DNA of 64,000 nucleotides from Eledone cirrhosa (Eukaryota). Positions 1 through 10,781 of this stretch are shown one piece after another (the stretch's first letter is position 1; each line of letters opens with the position of its first letter). The notes under the pieces were generated by a model, which saw only the letters and a program-made list of their open reading frames with translations, did not search any database and was not told where the DNA came from. The stretch spans positions 55,118,001 through 55,182,000 of the forward strand of contig OZ024750.1 in assembly GCA_964016885.1 (NCBI GenBank), given 5' to 3'. A program made the position numbers and the translations under genes.

Positions 1-390
1 ACACATACATAGATATATATATATACATAATATAAATATACACACATACTCATACATAAGCATATACACATAAGTATATTTACATATACACACGTATATA
101 TACATATACATACATACATATATACACATACATACATATATACATACATACACACATATACATACATATATACATATACACATACATACATATACATACA
201 TATACACATACATATATATATATATACATACACACACATATATACATACACACACATATATACAAACACATACATATACACATATATACACATACATACA
301 CATACATATACATACATATACACATATACACTCATATATACATATACATACATACACACACATACATACATATATACATATACATACATA
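1..390. repeat. Compound (TA/CA/TACA) microsatellite; recurs at ~5841-6339, 11780-12296, 17719-18235, 33484-33959, 49219-49721
   Basis: Directly visible low-complexity tract; it is the source of the spurious MYVC-rich ORFs. Confidence 0.95.
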
Positions 391-938
391 AAGACAAATC
401 CACCTCATGGACGAGAATGCAAGGGCTCCTCCTCTTTGTTTCGGCCGCGGATGGCTAACCCTAACCCCATCCCCGCTCCCCACTGCTCCCAACCTCCAAA
501 CGCAATCCAAAACTTCAGAGTTGGTACCATTAATGTAGGCACCTTATAGGGTGGCTCTAACGAGGTTGTAGAAATGCTTGAACGTAAGGAGGTCGATGTT
601 TGTTGTATTCAAGAGACCAGGTGGAGGGGTGGGTCTGCTAGATTCATCGTGGGTAAAGAACGATGCTATACGCTTTTCTGTGTGGCAAATGACAATGGGC
701 TGGGTATACACATACCACCCCACCTCCCCACCGCAAAGTGGTCGTGGAGGCGCCGCGGCCAAAAAGCACCCAGCCCACACTGTAAAGCTGACGTGGAGGT
801 GCCACGGAAAAAAAAAAGCACCCAGCACTCACTGCAAACGGGGTTGGCGTCAGGAAGGGCACCCAGCTGTAGAAACCAATCCAGAATCAGCTCCCACCCC
901 ACCCTTGCAAGCATGGAAAAGCGGACGTATGATGAAGT

Positions 939-940
<2 letters not shown>
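390..940 (+). mobile_element. Internally deleted RTE-clade LINE (AP-endonuclease N-terminus joined to 3' UTR), unit 1
   Basis: Translates [38 protein letters not shown] (APE N-terminal NV/QE motifs), then jumps to a 3' end AGGAAGGGCA..CCAGCTGTAGAAA..TGCAAGCATGGAAAAGCGGACG shared with the RT-bearing RTEs of this window; followed by (TA)n. Confidence 0.85.
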
Positions 941-1015
<75 letters not shown>

Positions 1016-1581
1016 TATATATATACACATATATATATACACACATATATATCAGTGTACATATATATATACATATATATATATATATAAATGAATATTT
1101 ATTCAATTTAAAGCGCCAATTATCTATATATAACAAGATATGAATTTTTCTAGGGATGGGGAAATTTTCAGTTTGTTTTTATATTTTCACTTCATTTTTT
1201 ACTTTCTATTTAATACAGTCTTTGATCCAATATAATCCTGACAGTATTTGAACCAGTTTACCTCATATATATGTATGCACACACAACACTCAAGTTTCGC
1301 CATCTACTGCTATTTCATTCATATTTATTGTTTAATTAACTCTGGTCTAATTCATCAACTATTGTTAATTATATTATTACGTAGATTTCTTATAAAATCT
1401 AGTGCATATATACGTGTATATATACAGGGAGACACTGTAATAGATGTAAAGAGAGTGGGAGATAGAGTTATAGAAGTAAAGAGAGGGGGAGAACTAAGCG
1501 GTAGATAGAGTAATAGATGTAAAGAGAGGGTTAGAACGTTCAACTTGACAGTCAGTACAGTGTTCAGCATGGTAGCCAGTA

Positions 1582-1653
1582 CATATGCCAACTACCCAAC
1601 CGGCCAGCCAGCCGCATATGCGGTTGACTGGCCAGTTGGGCGGTTGGTATGTG
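1582..1653. other. 72-nt near-perfect palindrome/hairpin between ~57-bp direct repeats (1534-1589, 1654-1710); present in all 8 units
   Basis: Arms CATATGCCAACTACCCAACCGGCCAGCCAGCCGCAT / ATGCGGTTGACTGGCCAGTTGGGCGGTTGGTATGTG: 29 Watson-Crick, 4 G.T and 3 C/A positions by manual pairing. Confidence 0.9.
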
Positions 1654-1756
1654 GAACGTTCAACTACGCAGTCAGTACCAAAGTTCAACATTGTAGCCAG
1701 TGCATATGCCGATCGCCGCGCCCTCTTTGCTCTATTTTAATGACCTGGAACTAAGT

Positions 1757-1869
1757 AAAAAGAGTAGGAGATAACTCGACAAGAGCGGAGAGGGTGAGAT
1801 TCGAACCATGTAAAGTCGTTGGCTCCTGAACTTCGTAAGCGGGGCTGCTACTGACTGAGCAGCGCCGGC
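1757..1869 (-). ncRNA. Candidate Pol III small RNA, family 1, copy 1 (113 nt)
   Basis: Minus strand GCCGGCGCTGCTCAGTCAGTAGCAGC...GGTTCGAATC...CTCTTTTT. A-box-like GCTCAGTCAGTAG in tRNA register (+10), B box GGTTCGAATC, T5 terminator, TATAAG at -34 (1898-1903). Confidence 0.55.
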
Positions 1870-1897
1870 AGCAAGGCAAATCGCGCATAAAATAACG

Positions 1898-1903
1898 CTT
1901 ATA
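1898..1903 (-). promoter_or_regulatory. TATA-like element at -34 of the family 1 gene (present in all 8 copies)
   Basis: TATAAG 34 nt upstream of the inferred +1 G, the same spacing as TATAAATA in family 2; preceded by an oligo-T run. Confidence 0.45.
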
Positions 1904-2170
1904 TCGACAAAAAAAAAAAAAAAATTTCAATGTTGCACTCTTGTTTGTTCTTTTATTTTACGTAAACATTTCGCTGCTCTAGCCTCTTATTTCCTATTAG
2001 ATTACACTTAATTCCATTAAACATTCATTCTTAGTCTCGTGGTAAACTATTTCATCTATATTTATATCGCTGTTACAGCCTTTTATTTCTACATCTATCA
2101 CCTATAGCCACTGTTACGCCGGTAGTATAAGTAGCTTTATAACAAGAAACGATGATATAACTCCACAAAA

Positions 2171-2216
2171 TGTCTTCTTCAGCAAGACACTTCACTTCAT
2201 ATTGCTCCAGTACACC
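2171..2216 (+). mobile_element. Fragment of the SINE central domain
   Basis: CTTCAGCAAGACACTTCACTTCATATTGCTCCAGT resembles CTTGAGCAAGATACTTTATTTCACATTGCTCCAGT of the SINE at 5697-5840 (opposite strand). Confidence 0.6.
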
Positions 2217-2852
2217 GAGTTACACATAGACAGATACATACATACATACACAGATAGAAATGAGAGGTAGATAGAGTAAAAGATTTAAAGAGAGTGTGAG
2301 AAGTACGAGTTAGATAGTGTAAAAGATTTAAAGAGAGGGTGAGAGTGTGACACACATTTATCTGTCTATCTCTCTCTATTTTAACACCGGTCGTTATAAT
2401 TAGTTTTATAACACCGCTATATTACCGACATGAAAGAGGTAAATAATTATTTCTTAAATGTTTAGAACATGTTTCTCTTGTCTTCTTAAATGTATAGAAC
2501 ATGTTTCTTATTTATATTCTTAACATAGCTAGGACCTTATCTCATTTACTGGTCTCTACTTTTAGGGCTTTGCTGGTCCCATGTGCCCTCCATGAAGACA
2601 CACTCGCCCCTTCTCTCTCAGTCTCCGTACTAATTACTACACATACGTATATATATTTATTTTAAGAAACCTTAATGACAAATAATATAAAGTGTTTGTA
2701 AAGTGGGGAAGAGTAGTTTTACGGTGGGGTTGTTATATAGATATCGTTTTTGCAGTGGGGTCGTGACTGGCGGAGTCACTGTTGATGTATATACAAATCA
2801 TGTTTTGGATATAAGTGAAGTTATTTAAGAGATTTAGTTGTTTTGTATACAT

Positions 2853-4830
2853 TCATAACGGTACGCGATGGGACCCACCCACAGCCCCGGCGGACAGAAT
2901 GGAGAAGGCGTTTCCCCGGAGCACGGCAAGGGAGACGCGCTGGAAAAGCCACTCCTACTCGCGGGGCTCACACCTGCGGCTGGCCAGCTCAGCGCCTATG
3001 GTGGTGAGTAAGGAGGTAGCCCTGGGGCCGAGGACACCAGAAGTCTCCACTTCCAGGGGTACGACCGCAAACCTGTCGGAGAGTGAACGATATGTGAGGA
3101 GTTTGGCCCCCTCAGCCTGACGTGCAGCAGAACCTGGGCCAGTCGCAGACTGCACCAGGTTGCGGCTGCAGAAAGTGTCGGTGCAAGTGGCATCCCAGAC
3201 GAGGGGTTTGCCACCGCGGAACGGGAAGATGGTCATGCCATCTAGCCTTTTGCCGTCCCCTCGAGCTGGGAAGGGAAGCCTGCAGCGTCCAAGCCATGCT
3301 TAATGACTTCGTTGAGGGCAGCATGGCGTGGATTGCGGGTGGAGGCCGAAAGAGTCCATGGTGGAACGGCAGCGACATTGGTGTGAGGCCGAGCCTCAGG
3401 GAAACGCCGATGCGCAAGCTATTGTTGTCTAGCTGCGTGCGAGTGGAGAAGGAGGGCAGGGCATGGAGCCAGGCCCCACTGTGGGGTTTGGAGGCTGCAC
3501 GAAAACAAACAAGGCGGTGCTGGTCGAGCTGGCACGTGAGCCTGTCTGAGGCCAGGCTGCACTGGATGGCATCCCAAGTGTGTTGGGGGGGACTTGACGT
3601 CAACAGGGGGAGAAGGAGGAGGAACGTCTACTGGGCTAAGTCCCAGCCGGTCCCACGTCTCACAGGCGGCCACGCGTTCTCTGAACACAGAGGGTTCTGT
3701 TGTGTTTTGAAGAACCCTGCTGAAGAGGACGTGGTACGAGGTTACCGACGAAAGATATGCCGGCAAAGCTAGTGAGATCGGGGACTGGAGGCGAAGGCCG
3801 CCATACCTGACAGGTAAAGTTGCATATCTCATCGGCTGCTGCTCGGATACAAGTTTAGGTGTAGCACAGAGTGTATAGAGGAGCTTCGGCATGGCGTAGC
3901 AGTTCCTCAGCAGAAAGAGAACTGGGTGGCCATCAATCAAGCCCAGTCGGCTCGTGAGAGTCTGGACTTGATGGAGGAGCGGATGGCCGGCGGGTGGATC
4001 GGTGAGGGCATCCTCTTTGGGGGGTCACCTGAACCTGGCGGAGAATGGACCGCACGTCCAAGACGGAGACTGCAAAGCTTGCAGCATCGAGGCTGACATT
4101 CACCACCTCCGACTTGGCTGAGTTGACCTGGAGGTCGATTCCCGCCAGGGCAGGAACCACCGATTGAAGGTCATGGCAGACCGCCTGTACGGGCCCACCC
4201 AAAGTAGCATCATCCAGATACCAAACGTTGAGAGAGGCCGTTATACTCCGGGCGATGTGGTCAATACCAAGGGTGAACAGGAGGGGTCCCAAAGGGTTGC
4301 CCTGTTGGATCCCAGTAGCCAAGGGTATGACCGTATCAGCAGCAAGGCGCATGCTTGGGGCTCCATATGACAGGTAGGCAGAGGGGGCTCGGCTGAGGCA
4401 GGCCTCGAGCAGATGATCCCAGCGTAAAGAGTTGAAGGCATTCCTCATGTCAAACTTGACAATGAGGTGGCTGGAGGCCCTGGATGCCGGTTCCGAGTGT
4501 TACGGACTTGCAGATTACCTTGGCAGCCAGCCTCCGGAAGACATTGCCCACAGCAATGGGGCGTATACCATCCTTTTCTTCCTGAGAGCGGTGAGGCTGG
4601 CCGAAAAAAAGAGGCCTCGAGCATAAGAGTCCGGGGCGCCATGGATGAGCCTATTGGTGAGCGCCACAATTGCACTCAGAAGGCGGCGCCCGGCCTCAGC
4701 GGAGAGGGGAGATATAAACTCCTTGAGGAGGCCTGGTCAGAGACCATCAACATCTCTGCAGCTGCTAGCTGGGAAGGACCTGATGGCGGACATGATGTCT
4801 GCATCAGAAGCCACAAGGAGCAAGTGTGGA
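2853..4830 (-). pseudogene. CRE-like non-LTR retrotransposon (RT + restriction-like endonuclease), fragmented, unit 1
   Basis: Motifs PIAVGNVFRRLAAK, LDMRNAFNSL, GIQQGNPLGPLLF, WYLDDATLGG (RT) and GKPLVWDATCTDT..PLEVETSGVLG (RLE); multiple frameshifts and deletions. The probable 3' UTR continues to ~2655. Confidence 0.85.
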
Positions 4831-4894
4831 TTACAATACAAAACCTCTGAGAATGATTTCTAAGATATTTCACCATAATTAATTTTCATCAATA

Positions 4895-5150
4895 TATATT
4901 AATATTATTATTGTTTATTAGGTCAGGTGGATTGGCCAGAACAATTCTACTCTTCTTTTTTAGATGTCACGATTTTTCATGGCATTCCTGAGATCATTAA
5001 TCTCCAGCTGGAGATCCAGAGACATCTGATGTATGTAGGTGAACCTCAGTCATCCCACTTGGGTCTTACTATGTTTAGGTATCCACCACAGGAGCCAGCT
5101 CATCAGGTCATCCTACCCTCAGCAGCAATGTCCAGCATCTATTGACTTCC
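4895..5150 (-). mobile_element. Degraded 3' end of another LINE (RTE/RTEX-like); present in each unit
   Basis: Minus strand gives AGHCC...WIPKHSK...FTYIHQ...DLRNAMKNRDI*KRRV, resembling the C-terminus of RTE-type ORFs, followed by an (AAT)-rich tail. Confidence 0.5.
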
Positions 5151-5275
5151 GCTCCCTAGTTATTGTGGTAATCTTCGATATCTGGGAATATATTTCTTCT
5201 GCTTAAGGGAGTAATAAATATATAGTTTTAAAAAAAACATATATATACACACACATATATATATGTTGACATTTA

Positions 5276-5470
5276 TAAGAGTTCTCTATCAAAAGCCTTC
5301 TCTATGTCCAAAGCTAAGTATAGTGGCTTATTTTTCTCTAAGAACCTCTTTTGTAGTTGTCTCACTAAGAAGAGGGCATCTGTTGCACTTTTCAGCGGCA
5401 CAAAACCAAACTGCATCTCATACACATACATACATATACATACATACATACATATACACATACATACATA

Positions 5471-5512
<42 letters not shown>

Positions 5513-5670
5513 TTCGTTTTAAGTCCGCTTTTTCCCTGCTTGCAAGGGTGGGACGGGAACTGATTCTGGCTTGATTTCTACAGCTGGATGCCCTTCCTAA
5601 CACCAACCTCATTTACAGTGAGTGCTGAGTGCTTTTTTGCCGTGGCACCTCCACGACCACTTTGCAGTGG
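5276..5670 (-). mobile_element. RTE fragments: 3' UTR with (GAT)n tail (5469-5670) and RT piece (5276-5420); also at ~11230-11610, 17165-17550, 32947-33313, 48682-49048
   Basis: EMQFGFVPLKSATDALFLVRQLQKRFLEKNKPLYLALDIEKAFDR matches the RT in 25175-26311; the 3' end GCAAGCAGGGAAAAAGCGGAC..(GAT)n matches other RTE tails. Confidence 0.85.
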
Positions 5671-5696
5671 AATGATATGGACCCCAGTCCCTATCA

Positions 5697-5840
5697 TCTC
5701 ATTTCTACAGCTGAGTAAACTGGAGCAATGTGAAATAAAGTATCTTGCTCAAGGAAACAACACATCACCCGGTCTGAGAATTGAACTCACAACCTTTCGA
5801 TTGCCAGGCCAATGCTCGAACCACTAAGCCATGTGCCTCC
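5697..5840 (-). mobile_element. tRNA-derived SINE; copies at ~11636-11779, 17577-17718, 33340-33483, 49075-49218
   Basis: GGAGGCACATGGCTTAGTGG (A box) ... GTGAGTTCAATTC (B box), then a body CTTGAGCAAG..ACTTTATTTCACATTGCTCCAG..CACTCAGCTG-like. Confidence 0.75.
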
Positions 5841-6339
5841 ATATACATATACATATACATACACATACATATACATACATATATATATACATACATACAT
5901 ATATACACATACATACATACATACACATATACATACATATATATACATACATACACATACATACATATATATATATACATAATATAAATATACATACATA
6001 CACATACATAAGCATATACACATAAGTATATATACATATACACACGTATATATACATATACATACATACATATATACATATACATACATATATACACATA
6101 CATACATACATACATACACACATATACATACATATATACATATACACATACATACATATACATACATATACACATACATACATATATATATATACATACA
6201 CACACATATATACAAACACATACATATACACATATATACACATACATACACATACATATACATACATATACACATATACACTCATATATACATATACATA
6301 CATACACACACATACATACATATATACATATACATACAT

Positions 6340-6889
6340 AAAGACAAATCCACCTCATGGACGAGAATGCAAGGCTCCTCCTCTTTGTTTCGGCCGCGGA
6401 TGGCTAACCCTAACCCCATCCCCGCTCCCCACCGCTCCCAACCTCCAAACGCAATCCAAAACTTCAGAGTTGGTACCATTAATGTAGGCACCTTATAGGG
6501 TGGCTCTAACGAGGTTGTAGAAATGCTTGAACGTAAGGAGGTCGATGTTTGTTGTATTCAAGAGACCAGGTGGAGGGGTGGGTCTGCTAGATTCATCGTG
6601 GGTAAAGAACGATGCTATAAGCTTTTCTGTGTGGCAAATGACAATGGGCTAGGTATACACATACCACCCCACCATCCCACCGCAAAGTGGTCGTGGAGGC
6701 GCCGCGGCAAAAAAGCACCCAGCCCACACTGTAAAGCTGACGTGGAGGTGCCACGGAAAAAAAAAAAAGCACCCAGCACTCACTGCAAACGGGGTTGGCG
6801 TCAGGAAGGGCACCCAGCTGTAGAAACCAATCCAGAATCAGCTCCCACCCCACCCTTGCAAGCATGGAAAAGCGGACGTATGATGAAGT

Positions 6890-6891
<2 letters not shown>
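6340..6891 (+). mobile_element. Internally deleted RTE, unit 2
   Basis: Near-identical to 390-940. Confidence 0.85.
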
Positions 6892-6956
<65 letters not shown>

Positions 6957-7693
6957 TATATATATACACATATATATATACACACATATATATCAGTGTA
7001 CATATATATATACATATATATATATAAATGAATATTTATTCAATTTAAAGCGCCAATTATCTATATATAACAAGATATGAATTTTTCTAGGGATGGGGAA
7101 ATTTTCAGTTTGTTTTTATATTTTCACTTCATTTTTTACTTTCTATTTAATACAGTCTTTGATCCAATATAATCCTGACAGTATTTGAACCAGTTTACCT
7201 CATATATATGTATGCACACACAACACTCAAGTTTCGCCATCTACTGCTATTTCATTCATATTTATTGTTTAATTAACTCTGGTCTAATTCATCAACTATT
7301 GTTAATTATATTATTACGTAGATTTCTTATAAAATCTAGTGCATATATACGTGTATATATACAGGGAGACACTGTAATAGATGTAAAGAGAGTGGGAGAT
7401 AGAGTTATAGAAGTAAAGAGAGGGGGAGAAATAAGCGGTAGATAGAGTAATAGATGTAAAGAGAGGGTTAGAACGTTCAACTTGACAGTCAGTACAATGT
7501 TCAGCATGGTAGCCAGTACATATGCCAACTACCCAACCGGCCAGCCAGCCGCATATGCGGTTGACTGGCCAGTTGGGCGGTTGGTATGTGGAACGTTCAA
7601 CTACGCAGTCAGTACCAAAGTTCAACATTGTAGCCAGTGCATATGCCGATCGCCGCGCCCTCTTTGCTCTATTTTAATGACCTGGAACTAAGT

Positions 7694-7806
7694 AAAAAGA
7701 GTAGGAGATAACTCGACAAGAGCGGAGAGGGTGAGATTCGAACCATGTAAAGTCGTTGGCTCCTGAAGTTCGTAAGCGGGGCTGCTACTGACTGAGCAGC
7801 GCCGGC
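7694..7806 (-). ncRNA. Candidate Pol III small RNA, family 1, copy 2
   Basis: Same as 1757-1869 with one substitution seen (plus strand GAAGTTCG vs GAACTTCG). Confidence 0.55.
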
Positions 7807-8789
7807 AGCAAGGCAAATCGCGCATAAAATAACGCTTATATCGACAAAAAAATAAAAAAATTTCAATGTTGCACTCTTGTTTGTTGTTATTTTATTTTAC
7901 GTAAACATTTCGCTGCTCTAGCCTCTTATTTCCTATTAGATTATACTTAATTCCATTAAACATTCATTCTTAGTCTCTATTTCATCTATATTTATATCGC
8001 TGTTACAGCCTTTTATTTCTACATCTATCACCTATACCCACTGTTACGCCGGTAGTATAAGTAGCTTTATAACAAGAAACGATGATATAACTCCACAAAA
8101 TGTCTTCTTGAGCAAGACACTTCACTTCATATTGCTCCAGTACACCGAGTTACACATAGACAGATACATACATACATACACAGATAGAAATGAGAGGTAG
8201 ATAGAGTAAAAGATTTAAAGAGAGTGTGAGAAGTACGAGTTAGATAGTGTAAAAGGTTTAAAGAGAGGGTGAGAGTGTGACACACATTTATCTGTCTATC
8301 TCTCTCTATTTTAACACCGGTCGTTATAATTAGTTTTATAACACCGCTATATTACCGACATGAAAGAGGTAAATAATTATTTCTTAAATGTTTAGAACAT
8401 GTTTCTCTTGTCTTCTTAAATGTATAGAACATGTTTCTTATTTATATTCTTAACATAGCTAGGACCTTATCTCATTTACTGGTCTCTACTTTTAGGACTT
8501 TGCTGGTCCCATGTGCCCTCCATAAAGGCACTCTAGTCCCTTCTCTGAGGCCCCGTACTAATTACTACACATACGTATATATATTTATTTTAAGAAACCT
8601 TAATGACAAATAATATAAAGTGTTTGTAAAGTGGGGAAGAGTAGTTTTACGGTGGGGTTGTTATATAGATATCGTTTTTGCAGTGGGGTCGTGACTGGCG
8701 TATAATAATGAGTCACTGTTGATGTATATACAAATCATGTTTTGGATATAAGTGAAGTTATTTAAGAGATTTAGTTGTTTTGTATACAT

Positions 8790-10781
8790 TCATAACGGTA
8801 CGCGATGGGACCCGCCCACAGCCCCGGCGGACAGAATGGAGAAGGCGTTTCCCCGGAGCACGGCAAGGGAGACGCGCTGGAAAAGCCACTCCAACTCGCG
8901 GGGCTCACACCTGCGGCTGGCCAGCTCAGCGCCTATGGTGGTGAGTAAGGAGGTAGCCCTGGGGCCGAGGACACCAGAAGTCTCCACTTCCAGGGGTACG
9001 ACCGCAAACCTGTCGGAGAGTGAACGATATGTGAGGAGTTTGGCCCCCTCAGCCTGACGTGCAGCAGAACCTGGGCCAGTCGCAGACTGCACCAGGTTGC
9101 GGCTGCAGAAAGTGTCGGTGCAAGTGGCATCCCAGACGAGGGGTTTGCCACCGCGGAACGGGAAGATGGTCATGCCATCTAGCCTTTTGCCGTCCCCTCG
9201 AGCTGGGAAGGGAAGCCTGCAGCGTCCAAGCCATGCTTAATGACTTCGTTGAGGGCAGCATGGCGTGGATTGCGGCTGGCACTGTGGCGACAGGAAAGCG
9301 GGTGGAGGCCGAAAGAGTCCATGGTGGAACGGCAGCGACATTGGTGTGAGGCCGAGCCTCAGGGAAACGCCGATGCGCAAGCTATTGTTGTCTAGCTGCG
9401 TGCGAGTGGAGAAGGAGGGCAGGGCATGGAGCCAGGCCCCACTGTGGGGTTTGGAGGCTGCACGAAAACAAACAAGGCGGTGCTGGTCGAGCTGGCGCGT
9501 GAGCCTGTCTGAGGCCAGGCTGCACTGGATGTCATCCCAAGTGTGTTGGGGGGGGACTTGACGTCAACAGGGGGAGAAGGAGGAGGAACGTCTACTGGGC
9601 TAAGTCCCAGCCGGTCCCACGTCTCACAGGCGGCCACGTGTTCTCTGAACACAGAGGGTTCTGTTGTGTTTTGAAGAACCCTGCTGAGGAGGACGTGGTA
9701 CGAGGTTACCGACGAAAGATATGCCGGCAAAGCTAGTGAGATCGGGGACTGGAGGCGAAGGCCGCCATACCTGACAGGTAAAGTTGCATATCTCATCGGC
9801 TGCTGCTCGGATACAAGTTTAGGTGTAGCACAGAGTGTATAGAGGAGCTTCGGCATGGCGTAGCAGTTCCTCAGCAGAAAGAGAACTGGGTGGCCATCAA
9901 TCAAGCCCAGTCGGCTCGTGAGAGTCTGGACTTGATGGAGGAGCGGATGGCCGGCGGGTGGATCGGTGAGGGCATCCTCTTTGGGGGGTCACCTGAACCT
10001 GGCGGAGAATGGACCGCACGTCCAAGACGGAGACTGCAAAGCTTGCAGCATCGAGGCTGACATTCACCACCTCCGACTTGGCTGAGTTGACCTGGAGGTC
10101 GATTCCCGCCAGGGCAGGAACCACCGATTGAAGGTCATGGCAGACCGCCTGTACGGGCCCACCCAAAGTAGCATCATCCAGATACCAAACGTTGAGAGGG
10201 GCCGTTATACTCCAGGCGATGTGGTCAATACCAAGGGTGAACAGGAGGGGTCCCAAAGGGTTGCCCTGTTGGATCCCAGTAGCCAAGGGTATGACCGTAT
10301 CAGCAGCATGGCGCATGCTTGGGGCTCCATATGACAGGTAGGCAGAGGGGGCTCGGCTGAGGCAGGCCTCGAGCAGATGATCCCAGCGTAAAGAGTTGAA
10401 GGCATTCCTCATGTCAAACTTGACAATGAGGTGGCTGGAGGCCCTGGATGCCGGTTCCGAGTGTTACGGACTTTCAGCCAGCCTCCGGAAGACATTGCCC
10501 ACAGCAATGAGGCGTATGCCATCCTCTTTCTTCCTGAGAGCGGTGAGGCTGGCCGAAAAAAAGAGGCCTCGAGCATAAGAGTCCGGGGCGCCATGGATGA
10601 GCCTATTGGTGAGCGCCACAATTGCACTCAGAAGGCGGCGCCCGGCCTCAGCGGAGAGGGGAGATATCAACTCCTTGAGGAGGCCTGGTCAGAGACCATC
10701 AACATCTCCGCAGCTGCTAGCTGGGAAGGACCTGATGGCGGACATGATGTCTGCATCAGAAGCCACAAGGAGCAAGTGTGG
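8790..10781 (-). pseudogene. CRE-like RLE LINE, unit 2
   Basis: Same RT/RLE motifs; additional small deletion near 10470. Confidence 0.85.

Noticed and set aside
455-467. CTAACCCTAACCC, matching the vertebrate-type telomerase RNA template / two telomeric repeats
   Set aside because: It lies in the 5' coding region of the RTE fragment just before the APE motif; no other telomerase RNA features or longer telomeric tract were seen.
1248-1754. Short ORFs repeated in every unit (MNQFTSY.., MTVSTMF..)
   Set aside because: They have non-ATG starts and no recognisable domain, and they are disrupted in B units.
1757-1869. Family 1 as a functional tRNA-Arg(ACG), given a TTACGAA loop near the anticodon position
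   Set aside because: The anticodon stem (CCCGC/GTTCA), T stem and acceptor stem do not pair.
3122-3772. Plus-strand ORFs of 100-216 aa over the GC-rich region
   Set aside because: Antisense shadows of the CRE-like element; their length varies with indels between units.
5765-6358. Long M/Y/V/C/I-rich and H/T/Y-rich ORFs (here and in all equivalent tracts)
   Set aside because: These are translations of TA/CA microsatellites that happen to lack stop codons.
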